From an uncultured Alphaproteobacteria bacterium (lineage in GTDB: Bacteria > Pseudomonadota > Alphaproteobacteria > Bin95), in assembly GCA_938083135.1 (NCBI GenBank), contig CALLKY010000002.1, positions 16,097 to 80,096 of the forward strand: a stretch of DNA of 64,000 bases. The letters run 5' to 3'. Numbering within the stretch: the first letter of the stretch is position 1; every line of letters begins with the position of its first letter. The translations under genes and the position numbers were made by a program. This document shows positions 20,166 to 29,406 of the stretch, in pieces. A model generated the notes under the pieces. The model saw nothing but the letters and a program-made list of their open reading frames with translations, was not told where the DNA came from and did not search any database.

Positions 20166-20954
20166 ATGGCGAAAGAAGATGATGGAATTGCAGGCAAAGT
20201 CGCCATTGTAACCGGCGGCGGCGCTAAGGAAGACGGCGTTGGCAATGGCCGCGCGGCCTGCATTTTGCTCGCCAGGTCCGGTGTAAAAGTCGTTGTGGTT
20301 GATCTGGATGAATCACTGGCGGAACAGACTGTTCAAATGATCCGGGATGAAGGCGGTGAGGCCATGGCCTATGCCGCTGACGTAACCAGTGAGTCTGCCT
20401 GCAAAGCGATTGTAGATGCCGCCACAGACGCCTATGGCGGCGTTGACCTGCTCGACAACAATGTCGGCATCGGCAGCAAAGGCAGCGTCGTTGACGAGAA
20501 CCTTGAGCAGTGGGATCGGGTGATGCGCGTCAATGTGCAATCCATGTTCCTGATGTCGAAATACGCGGTTCCGTCCATGCGTGCGCGCGGCGGTGGTGCG
20601 ATTGTGAACGTATCCTCTATTTCAGCACTTCGCCCCAAGGGACTGACGGCTTATTCGACATCTAAGGGTGCTGTCATAGCGCTCAGCCGGGCGATGGCGG
20701 TAGATCACGCAGCTGAGGGTGTCCGCGTGAATTGCATCGCGCCTGGGCCAGTCTATACGCCGATGGTCTACAGCCGGGGCATGAGCAGTGAAATGCGCGG
20801 CAAACGGCAGGCCGCATCCCCGCTTGGGATAGAGGGCAGCGGATGGGATATCGGCAATGCCGTGACATTCCTGCTTTCAGAAAAAGCGCGATACATCACC
20901 GGGCAAACGCTGGTGGTGGACGGTGGCGTCACCATCCGAGCCGCTGAACGCTGA
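20166..20954 (+). CDS. SDR family oxidoreductase
   Basis: TGGG..GVGNG, NNVG, YSTSK. Confidence 0.92.
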   Translation: MAKEDDGIAGKVAIVTGGGAKEDGVGNGRAACILLARSGVKVVVVDLDESLAEQTVQMIRDEGGEAMAYAADVTSESACKAIVDAATDAYGGVDLLDNNVGIGSKGSVVDENLEQWDRVMRVNVQSMFLMSKYAVPSMRARGGGAIVNVSSISALRPKGLTAYSTSKGAVIALSRAMAVDHAAEGVRVNCIAPGPVYTPMVYSRGMSSEMRGKRQAASPLGIEGSGWDIGNAVTFLLSEKARYITGQTLVVDGGVTIRAAER

Positions 20955-20975
20955 TAATTTGGACGAGAGAGTTTC

Positions 20976-22580
20976 ATGAGTGATCAAACAGTTGATGTTC
21001 TGATAATCGGCGCTGGGGCATCTGGTGCCGCTATGGCCTGGAGCTTGGCTGAGACGAAAATGCACATCGTCTGCCTTGAACAGGGCCCGCTGATGAACCC
21101 GCTGACGTATCCAAGTGCCAGCATGGATTGGGAGCAGCAGGCCGCGGGCGAAATGAACACCAATCCCAACGTCCGATGCTTGCCATCCGATTATCCAATC
21201 AATGAGGATGAGTCGCCGATTAAGATTGCGAACTTCAATGCCGTCGGCGGCGGGACGATCCTCTATGCCGGGCATTTCCCACGTTTCCATCCATCAGATT
21301 TCCGTGTGAATTCGCTCGATGGCGTGGCGGCCGATTGGCCGATTGATTATGCCGCCCTAGCACCTTTCTATGCGGAAAATGAGCGCATGACAGGTGTCGC
21401 TGGCGCGCCAGGTGACCCTGCATACCCGCAGGATAACGCAACCCGCGTGCCGCCTCTGCCACTTGGTCAGTCGGGTGAGGTGCTGGCGAAAGGCTTCAAT
21501 AAGCTTGGCTGGCACTGGTGGCCTTCCGACACTGCGATTGTGACTGAGGAATATGATGGCCGTGCGCCGTGCATCAATCTGGGCGCTTGCGGAACCGGTT
21601 GCGCGCAGGGTGCTAAGGGCAGTTCGGATATCACATATTGGCCGCATGCTCTACGCGCTGGGGTAGAATTGCGGACCCGCTGCCGTGTCCGCGAGATCAC
21701 AGTCGGTGATGACGGCATGGCGACGGGGGCGATCTATTATGATGGCGACGGCAAGGAACAGCGGATTAATGCGCATGTGGTGATCATGGCCTGCAATGGC
21801 GTTGGTACACCGCGACTGCTCCTGAATTCGAAGTCTGCACAGTTCCCAGATGGCCTTGCGAACTCCAGTGGCCTTGTTGGCAAAAACCTGATGTTCCATC
21901 CCTATGCGATGATCCAAGGCGTGTTTGATGAGGAACTAGACGGCTATATGGGCCCGCACAAAGCGATCCGCAGCCAGGAATTTTATGAAACCGATGCTGA
22001 TCGCGGTTTTGTTCGGGGCTACACGCTGGAAATTCAGCGCGGCATGGCGCCTGTACGAACGGCCATGACCGGCCTCCGCCATCAGCGGATTCGGTGGGGT
22101 GAGACCCATCACGATGATTACCGGCGCATGTTCAAGCGCATGACTGGCATGGTCGCGGTTTGTGAGGACCTGCCAGAAGCACATAATCAGGTCACGCTTG
22201 ATCCCGTGCTGAAAGACAGCGACGGCATTCCAGCACCCAAAATCACCTATACGCTCAGCGATAACAGCAAGCGCATGATGGATCATGCGGTGGGTAAAGC
22301 GACAGAAATTCTCAAAGCCGCAGGTGCAACTGACGTCATCAGCGAAGCGCCGCTTATGTGGGGTGGATGGCACCTAATGGGCACGGCGCGGATGGGCAAA
22401 AACCCGGAAACGTCGGTCGTGAATGAGTGGGGGCGCAGCCACGACGTGAAGAACCTGTTCATCGTGGATGGCAGCATTTTCACGACCAGCGCCGGGGTAA
22501 ACCCAACCAACACAATCCAGGCGCTGGCGCTCTACGTGGCAGACCAGATGAAAAGCCGCCTTGCAACATTGTTCGATTGA
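20976..22580 (+). CDS. GMC oxidoreductase (gluconate-2-dehydrogenase flavoprotein-like)
   Basis: GAGASG, VGGGT, Cys cluster CINLGACGTGC, HLMGTARMG, NPT. Confidence 0.9.
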   Translation: MSDQTVDVLIIGAGASGAAMAWSLAETKMHIVCLEQGPLMNPLTYPSASMDWEQQAAGEMNTNPNVRCLPSDYPINEDESPIKIANFNAVGGGTILYAGHFPRFHPSDFRVNSLDGVAADWPIDYAALAPFYAENERMTGVAGAPGDPAYPQDNATRVPPLPLGQSGEVLAKGFNKLGWHWWPSDTAIVTEEYDGRAPCINLGACGTGCAQGAKGSSDITYWPHALRAGVELRTRCRVREITVGDDGMATGAIYYDGDGKEQRINAHVVIMACNGVGTPRLLLNSKSAQFPDGLANSSGLVGKNLMFHPYAMIQGVFDEELDGYMGPHKAIRSQEFYETDADRGFVRGYTLEIQRGMAPVRTAMTGLRHQRIRWGETHHDDYRRMFKRMTGMVAVCEDLPEAHNQVTLDPVLKDSDGIPAPKITYTLSDNSKRMMDHAVGKATEILKAAGATDVISEAPLMWGGWHLMGTARMGKNPETSVVNEWGRSHDVKNLFIVDGSIFTTSAGVNPTNTIQALALYVADQMKSRLATLFD

Positions 22581-22591
22581 GGGCTGATCTT

Positions 22592-23050
22592 ATGAACACA
22601 CAATCTGCCATCAGCAATGACGACATGCATACACTTGCCGCCCTCGCGAACGTCATTATCCCGCCGAGTGCGGCATATGCCGTACCGGGTGCCGGAGACC
22701 CCGACATCTGCAAAGGCATCGCTGCTGGCGCACGCCGGGCTGAACGGTTGCAGCGCGCGCTTGGAGAATTGAATGCGATTGCAGACGCTGCCCATGGATG
22801 CCTTTTCCAAACACTTTCAGACAGCGAAAAAATGAGCGTGGCAGAACAGTTCCGCGATCAGCATGCCTCCAGTGCTGGCTTGATCGAAGCCCTGACGATG
22901 CAGGCGTATTACCGCGATCCACGCGTGATGGCGTCACTTGGCATGGACGCGCGCCCACCATTTCCAGAGGGCTACAAGCCGCCTGAAGGGGATTGGTCCT
23001 TGCTTGATCCCGTCCGTCGTCGGGCACCGCTCTTCCGTAAAGCGGATTGA
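22592..23050 (+). CDS. Gluconate 2-dehydrogenase subunit 3-like partner protein
   Basis: IIPP...PGA, F..LS, YYRDP, PPFPEGY pattern; directly follows the GMC flavoprotein. Confidence 0.72.
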   Translation: MNTQSAISNDDMHTLAALANVIIPPSAAYAVPGAGDPDICKGIAAGARRAERLQRALGELNAIADAAHGCLFQTLSDSEKMSVAEQFRDQHASSAGLIEALTMQAYYRDPRVMASLGMDARPPFPEGYKPPEGDWSLLDPVRRRAPLFRKAD

Positions 23051-23116
23051 TCCAACGCGTCTACACTTGACGCCCTAGCGCCCATTCAGGGACGCTATGG
23101 TGAGAGGAGACGCCAG

Positions 23117-24319
23117 ATGGACTTTCGTTTCAGCCCAGAGGACATCGCATTCCGGGAGGATATGCGGACATTCTTTGCCGAAAAGCTGCCCGCCGATCTC
23201 AAATCCAAAACCGCCAATGCGCAAGCGCTAACACGTGATGAAATCATGCGCTGGCATGGTATTCTGTACGAGAAAGGCTGGGCCGCACCCAATTGGCCCA
23301 AGGAATATGGCGGTCCGGGATGGTCTGTCACCGAGAAATATATCTTTGATGAGGAACATGGCCTCGCCGCGGCGCCACGCTTAATTCAGTTCGGCTTGGG
23401 CATGTGCGGGCCAGTTATCATGGCGTTCGGTACGGATACGCAGAAGGCGTTTCATCTGCCGCGCATGCTCTCTGGTGAGCACGTTTGGGCACAGGGTTAT
23501 TCTGAACCCGGTGCGGGCTCTGACCTCGCGAGCCTGACAACGCGGGCTAAGCTGGAGGGTGACGAATGGGTCATCAATGGCCGGAAGCTCTGGACCACCC
23601 AGGCGCATATGGCCAATTGGGTATTTCTGCTGGCCCGCACGTCGGATGAGCCCAAGAAGCAGCTTGGCATATCCTTCTTTCTAATTCCGCTAGATACGCC
23701 TGGCATCACAATACGGCCCATTCATCTGCTAGACGGCCTGCATGAAACCAATGAAGTGATCTATGACGACGTCCGTATTCCTGCCGCCAATATCGTCGGC
23801 AATCCGGGCGAGGGGTGGACGATTGCTAAGCATCTGCTTGCGCACGAACGCATGGGCGGCGGGGCGCTCGGCCAACACAAGTTACTTTTGGCGCAGGTGA
23901 AAGCGCTGGCGGCGACGGATCAGCGCTCGGATGGTCGGCCACTGGCTGATGACACAGACTTCGCCCGTCGTATTGCCAACCTGGAAACAGAACTCCGTGC
24001 GCTCGAAGCCGTGATGCTGAAAACGCTTGCCAAAGTATCTGCTGATAAGGCGTTGGGCGCGGAGGCCAACGTTATCAAAATACGAGGCACTGAAGTGCAT
24101 CAACGCCTCACCGAGCTTCGCATGGAAGCGCTTGGGCAAGATGCTATGCCTTATGACCTGGAGGCATTGGAGAACGGTTGGGGCAACCGCGCGTCCGTTG
24201 GCGCGGAATACGCCAACGGGGTCACGCCGCGCTATTTGCACATGCGCAAAGTCTCGATCTATTCAGGCTCGAACGAGATTCAGCACAATATCTATGCCAA
24301 GGCAGTGTTGGGGCTTTAG
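23117..24319 (+). CDS. Acyl-CoA dehydrogenase (PimC/FadE-like)
   Basis: WAQGYSEPGAGSDLASL, KLWTT, SIYSGSNEIQ; SD AGGAG. Confidence 0.92.
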   Translation: MDFRFSPEDIAFREDMRTFFAEKLPADLKSKTANAQALTRDEIMRWHGILYEKGWAAPNWPKEYGGPGWSVTEKYIFDEEHGLAAAPRLIQFGLGMCGPVIMAFGTDTQKAFHLPRMLSGEHVWAQGYSEPGAGSDLASLTTRAKLEGDEWVINGRKLWTTQAHMANWVFLLARTSDEPKKQLGISFFLIPLDTPGITIRPIHLLDGLHETNEVIYDDVRIPAANIVGNPGEGWTIAKHLLAHERMGGGALGQHKLLLAQVKALAATDQRSDGRPLADDTDFARRIANLETELRALEAVMLKTLAKVSADKALGAEANVIKIRGTEVHQRLTELRMEALGQDAMPYDLEALENGWGNRASVGAEYANGVTPRYLHMRKVSIYSGSNEIQHNIYAKAVLGL

Positions 24320-24326
24320 AGAAGCC

Positions 24327-24725
24327 CTAGCCTTCAGCCTCACGCATTTTCTCGAACGTCTCCCGGGCCGTAATCATGCCTTCGCGTACCAGCGGCAGGC
24401 CGACATATCCTGCGAGATGCAGAATGGCTTCTGAAAGCTCGTCTTCCGTCCAACCGAGGCGCCGCGCCATTTGCAGATGGATCGCGAGTTCAGGCCAGCG
24501 GCCCGTAGCGGTGTCTGAAATACAGCAGATCAGCGCGCGCGTTTTATGGTCCAGGCCTGGGCGATTCCAAAGGCCATCAAATACGGCTTCAATCGCATAA
24601 TCGCCGAATTTCCGCATCATTGGGTCGTCATAGACTTTGGCCGCCATATCGCCAGCCATTTCTTCCCCCATTAGCTTCATGCGGGTTTCACGGCCGCGCT
24701 GCATTGCTTCTTCGTTTCCAGCCAT
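24327..24725 (-). CDS. Carboxymuconolactone decarboxylase (CMD/AhpD-like) family protein
   Basis: FDGLWNRPGLD, ELAIH, E.ILHLAGYVGLP. Confidence 0.85.
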   Translation of the reverse strand: MAGNEEAMQRGRETRMKLMGEEMAGDMAAKVYDDPMMRKFGDYAIEAVFDGLWNRPGLDHKTRALICCISDTATGRWPELAIHLQMARRLGWTEDELSEAILHLAGYVGLPLVREGMITARETFEKMREAEG

Positions 24726-24806
24726 TGTTCGCTCTCCAAAATGTAAAAGTGTGGGTTTGCCCGAACATGCTTGCAGCCTTCGCCCGCCCGGTCCACCATT
24801 CCAGTT

Positions 24807-26900
24807 ATGTACAGAATGGCTTTCGATATTGGTGGCACATTCACGGACTTCGTGCTTGCCGCAAAAGACGCTCCGCCGCGCTTCTTGAAGCTACCGTCAA
24901 CGCCGGATGATCCGGCCCGTGCTGTGATCAATGGGTTTGCGACGCTGCTAGATGCGGCAGGCATTCAAGGTGCTGACCTCGACGCGGTACTGCACGCAAC
25001 CACGGTCGCCACCAACGCCATTATTGAGCGAAAAGGCAGGCCGACAGCGCTGATCACGACCGAAGGCTTCCGGGATGTGCTGATCATCGGGCGGCAGAAA
25101 CGCTATGAGACATACGATCTTTACATGGATAAGCCGGCCCCTCTGGCACCGCGCCGTGCCATCTTTGAGGTGCAGGAGCGGTTGGACCACCATGGCCATG
25201 TGATCGAGCCGTTGGATGATGCTTCAGTTGATGCCGCCGTCAGGGCGGTTGAGGCGGGCGGCTATGAATCCGTGGCTGTGGCGCTCCTGCATGCCTATGC
25301 GAACCCAGCCCATGAGCAAGCAGTAGGGCGGGCTTTGGCCAAACGCCTGCCCGATATTCCGGTGACTTTGGCCGCCAGTATTTCACCAAAATTCCGGGAA
25401 TATGAGCGGACATCGACAGCCGTGGCAAATGCCTATGTCAGGCCCATCGTCGATAAATATGTGCAGCGGCTTGAAGGCGCTTTGAAAGGTCATGGCTTCC
25501 AGAAATCCATGTTCATCATGCAGTCAGCGGGTGGCTTGGTCTCGCCTGAAATTGCGCGTGAACAACCGGTGCGGATCGTTGAATCCGGCCCTGCGGCAGG
25601 TGTTCTGCTGGCGGCGATGGTTGGTGCCGAGGAAGGTGCGGATCATGTCATTACCTTCGATATGGGCGGAACCACGGCCAAGCTTGGTGCCGTCGATAAT
25701 GGCGAACCCGCTGTAACGCCGACATTTGAAGTTGACCCCGTGCGCTACCGTCCAGGCTCTGGACTGCCGATCAATGTGCCAGCAGTGGAGCTGTTAGAGA
25801 TTGGCGCAGGTGGCGGTTCAATAGCGCGCGTGGATTTGGGCGTCATTCACGTTGGCCCGGAAAGTGCGGGCGCAGATCCTGGCCCGATCTGCTATGGGCG
25901 TGGCGGCATTGAAGCGACAGTGACGGACGCTAACTTGGCGCTTGGCTATATCAACCCGGACTTCTTCAACGCCGGGGCTATGCAATTGGACCGCGACGCT
26001 GCGTTGGATGGCATCAGACGCGCTGTCGCGGAGCCGCTAGGTTTGTCTGTTGAGGAAGCTGCATGGGGCATTCACACCGTCGCCAATGGCAATATGGAGC
26101 GGGCGATGCGGATCGTATCGGTCGAACGGGGTCGTGATCCGCGCCGATACGCCATTGTGGCATTTGGCGGTGCAGGACCATTGCACGCAGCCCGGATAGC
26201 CAAGTCCATCGGCGCGCCGCGTGTGCTTGCGCCATTTGGTGCGGGTGTTGGTAGTGCGATTGGCTTGCTTCAGGCTGCGCCAAAAATCGAATCTTCCATC
26301 ACGCGCGTGATGGCGTTGGAGAATGGGGCAGAGACGGAAATTGCCGCGATCTATGAGGAGCTCCGGAAGCGGGCAGACACTGATCTAGCACGGCTAGGCG
26401 CTGGTGGTTCGCCGATATGGACGCGCTATGGCTATCTTCGATATCGCGGGCAAGGCTACGAGATTCGGGCGACCTTACCGGATGGCCCGATTGACGCCAC
26501 GTTCCCTGCGGCGGCGGCAGCTGCATTTCATGCGGCATATGAGCAAGCCTATGGTTATCACGATGAAGCGGCGGCGATTGAAGCCGTTGACTGGCATCTG
26601 GTCGCAACCTTACCGCAACCCGCCGGCGCACTTGATCTAGGTTGGAGAGCGCCAGAAGGTGCCATGCCAAAGCCCCGCATGCGCCCCACTTGGCAGCCTG
26701 AAGCCGGCGGCTTTGTCGATACACCAATCCATGATCGTCAGCAGCTACCGGCGGGTGCTGCGGTCAAGGGGCCAGCGATCATTGAGGACCCGGAATCGAC
26801 GTTGGTTGTGCCGGGGGGCATGTGGGCGACGGTGACTGAACGCGGCCATATTCTGATCGATATCGGCCAGATGGTTGCGGATGGGAGCAATGCACCATGA
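24807..26900 (+). CDS. Hydantoinase A / 5-oxoprolinase family (ATP-binding subunit)
   Basis: DIGGTFTD, HATTVATNA, ESGPAAG, DMGGTT, GAGGGS, FGGAGPLH. Confidence 0.93.
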   Translation: MYRMAFDIGGTFTDFVLAAKDAPPRFLKLPSTPDDPARAVINGFATLLDAAGIQGADLDAVLHATTVATNAIIERKGRPTALITTEGFRDVLIIGRQKRYETYDLYMDKPAPLAPRRAIFEVQERLDHHGHVIEPLDDASVDAAVRAVEAGGYESVAVALLHAYANPAHEQAVGRALAKRLPDIPVTLAASISPKFREYERTSTAVANAYVRPIVDKYVQRLEGALKGHGFQKSMFIMQSAGGLVSPEIAREQPVRIVESGPAAGVLLAAMVGAEEGADHVITFDMGGTTAKLGAVDNGEPAVTPTFEVDPVRYRPGSGLPINVPAVELLEIGAGGGSIARVDLGVIHVGPESAGADPGPICYGRGGIEATVTDANLALGYINPDFFNAGAMQLDRDAALDGIRRAVAEPLGLSVEEAAWGIHTVANGNMERAMRIVSVERGRDPRRYAIVAFGGAGPLHAARIAKSIGAPRVLAPFGAGVGSAIGLLQAAPKIESSITRVMALENGAETEIAAIYEELRKRADTDLARLGAGGSPIWTRYGYLRYRGQGYEIRATLPDGPIDATFPAAAAAAFHAAYEQAYGYHDEAAAIEAVDWHLVATLPQPAGALDLGWRAPEGAMPKPRMRPTWQPEAGGFVDTPIHDRQQLPAGAAVKGPAIIEDPESTLVVPGGMWATVTERGHILIDIGQMVADGSNAP

Positions 26901-28567
26901 CGATTGATCCAATCACGCTGACGGTCGTCTGGAATGGTTTGCTATCGATCGCTGAAGAAATGGGCTCAACGCTCCGTCGCACAGCATTCTCAGAAGCCGT
27001 GCGTGAGGGCGAGGATTTCTCAACCGGCGTGTTTGACGCCCAGGCCCGCCTGGTTGCTCAGGGGAATTTCACGCCTGGGCATTTGGGATCCATGCCTTAT
27101 GTCGTCAAAACAGTGCTGGAATATTTCCCTGCCGATACGCTGCAACCCGGCGACGCCATTCTCCTGAACGACAGCTTTCTGGGCTCCGGCCATTTCCCGG
27201 ATTGCTTTCTCGTTAGCCCATCATTCTTGCAAGACCGGATTGTCGGCTATGTTGTAACGACGGCGCATCACATAGATGTTGGCGGCGCAGCACCTGGGTC
27301 TCAACGGGTGCATGGTGTGACGGAAGCCTTCCAAGAAGGTCTACGCATCCTGCCAGTAAAGCTCATACGCGGCGGCGCATTTGACCAAGATTTGCTGAGG
27401 ATGATCCTCGGCAATGTCCGCGTGCCGGAAAAGGTTGAGGGCGACCTTCGCGCCCAGGCGAATGCTACGCGGGCAGGGGCGCTGCGACTTTCCACATTAT
27501 TTGACGAACAGGGCGTTGATATCGTTGAGGCCGCTCATGAGGCGATCCTGGACCGGTCTGAGCAACGGATGCGTGAGTTAATCGGTGACATCCCGGACGG
27601 GCGATACGCATTCGAAGACCAACTGGATGATTACGGGCCAGATACACCGCCAATCATTGTTGCTGTCGATGTGACAGTCGCAGGGGATGAAGTTGAGGTG
27701 GATTTCTCCCGTTCCAGCGATCAGGTCCCGGCGGCGCTGAATTCCTACATCAACTACACGCGCGCCTACACAATGTTTGCCGTGAAGGTGTTCTGTGACG
27801 CCTTGCTGCCGCAAAACCATGGCGGCATGCGGCCTATTCGGACAGTTGCGCGTGAAGGCAGCTTTTTTAACCCGAAGTTCCCGGCATCAAGCGGCGGGCG
27901 GGCTGCGGTGCAAATTCGGATATTTGACGCGATCAATGGCGCCCTCTCGCAAGCCTTGCCGCATCGCGGCATGGGGGCTTTTAGCCATTGGAGCAATCCC
28001 AACATTGGCGGTACGGATCCTGAAACGGGCAAGCCCTTCGTCATGTATGACTTGGGGTTTGGCGGCTATGGCGGCCGCGCAGACAAAGACGGAGCCGAAG
28101 GTCTAGCCCCCGTCATGAACTGCCGGAATATTCCAGTGGAAGTGCATGAAACCAATACACCAGTGCGTATTCACCGGCTTGAATTGATGGCGGATAGCGG
28201 TGGTGCGGGCAAATACCGGGGCGGCACGGGCCTCCGCAAAGATGTCGAGCTATTGGCTGAAAGTGCAGTCATGACCGGGCTTGGCGACCGCCATGTGAAC
28301 CCGCCGTTTGGCATATTCGGCGGTAAACCCGGTGCGCTTGCCTATACCATTCTTAACCCAAATGGGAATGCCCAGGAGCTTGGCTCTAAGGAGGTCGTCA
28401 ACTTGATGAAGGGTGATGTCGTCAGCTTCCAGCTTTCCGGTGCGGGCGGATATGGTGATCCTGCGGAGCGTGACCCAGCCAAGATCAAAGCGGACTTAGC
28501 AGATGGATATGTGACGCCCGATGGCGCGCGCAATCATTACGGATATTCAAGCCAGGAGACTGACTAG
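26897..28567 (+). CDS. Hydantoinase B / oxoprolinase family subunit
   Basis: EEMG..LRRTAFS, HLGSM, HFPD, HHIDVGG, SGGAGKYRGG, GAGGYGDP; 4-nt overlap with subunit A. Confidence 0.93.
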   Translation: MTIDPITLTVVWNGLLSIAEEMGSTLRRTAFSEAVREGEDFSTGVFDAQARLVAQGNFTPGHLGSMPYVVKTVLEYFPADTLQPGDAILLNDSFLGSGHFPDCFLVSPSFLQDRIVGYVVTTAHHIDVGGAAPGSQRVHGVTEAFQEGLRILPVKLIRGGAFDQDLLRMILGNVRVPEKVEGDLRAQANATRAGALRLSTLFDEQGVDIVEAAHEAILDRSEQRMRELIGDIPDGRYAFEDQLDDYGPDTPPIIVAVDVTVAGDEVEVDFSRSSDQVPAALNSYINYTRAYTMFAVKVFCDALLPQNHGGMRPIRTVAREGSFFNPKFPASSGGRAAVQIRIFDAINGALSQALPHRGMGAFSHWSNPNIGGTDPETGKPFVMYDLGFGGYGGRADKDGAEGLAPVMNCRNIPVEVHETNTPVRIHRLELMADSGGAGKYRGGTGLRKDVELLAESAVMTGLGDRHVNPPFGIFGGKPGALAYTILNPNGNAQELGSKEVVNLMKGDVVSFQLSGAGGYGDPAERDPAKIKADLADGYVTPDGARNHYGYSSQETD

Positions 28568-29353
28568 ATGGCTATCGCGGACACCGCCCAGGCGCTTTTT
28601 GACGCCCGTCGCGCCAATGAAGATTTCAAATGGCTGAAAGATACGGACCGGCCAGAAACCCTTGCGGATGCCTATAGCGCTCAATCCGCATTGCTCAAGC
28701 TTTGGGATGAGGCCGGTGACGGGAAGATTGGCGGGTGGAAAATCGCGATCACGTCCAAAGCCATGCAGGCGCTCTGTGGGATTGACCAGCCATGTGTTGG
28801 TGGCATGTTGGATAGCGCAATTCATAACAGCCCAATGCAGGCGTCGCTGGGCGATTACGGGCGGTTAGGCTTGGAGTTCGAGCTTGCCGTGCGCATGGGG
28901 TCTGAAGCTGGCATGGGCCGTGTTCCCTATGACGCTACGAGCATCCGTGCGCATGTCGGAGCGGTCATGCCTGCATTCGAGCTGATTGACGATAGGAATG
29001 CTGACTATGAAGGCTTCGACGCGCATTCCCTAATCGCGGATAATACCTGGAACGCGGGCGTTATCCTGGGCGACGCAATTCCTAACTGGCAGTCGATTGA
29101 TTGGGTCACCCAGCCTGTGACGCTTGACTACAATGGAAAGATTGAGACTGCCGTTACGGGGGATGCGATGGGGGATCCGTTCGCGGCGCTGGCGGTTGTT
29201 GCGAACAATCTTCTGAGCCGAGGGCTTAGCCTGAAACCGGGGGACATCGTTATTACAGGGTCGACACTTCAAACGCGATTCGCCGCAGCCGGGGATCATG
29301 CGACGTACCAGATTGATGGATTTCCTAGCGTTGAGCTTCGTGTATCGGAATAG
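28568..29353 (+). CDS. 2-keto-4-pentenoate hydratase / FAH superfamily hydratase-decarboxylase
   Basis: GWKIAIT, LEFELA, FELIDDR, IADN, GDIVITGS. Confidence 0.88.
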   Translation: MAIADTAQALFDARRANEDFKWLKDTDRPETLADAYSAQSALLKLWDEAGDGKIGGWKIAITSKAMQALCGIDQPCVGGMLDSAIHNSPMQASLGDYGRLGLEFELAVRMGSEAGMGRVPYDATSIRAHVGAVMPAFELIDDRNADYEGFDAHSLIADNTWNAGVILGDAIPNWQSIDWVTQPVTLDYNGKIETAVTGDAMGDPFAALAVVANNLLSRGLSLKPGDIVITGSTLQTRFAAAGDHATYQIDGFPSVELRVSE

Positions 29354-29379
29354 CTGCAATCGGGCTAGCCATTGAAATT

Positions 29380-29398
29380 GCGAATGATTGTCATTAGC
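29380..29398. promoter_or_regulatory. Fur box
   Basis: Minus strand reads GCTAATGACAATCATTCGC, 15/19 identical to GATAATGATAATCATTATC; 8 bp before an FbpC-like ATPase. Confidence 0.75.
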
Positions 29399-29406
29399 TT
29401 TAACCC

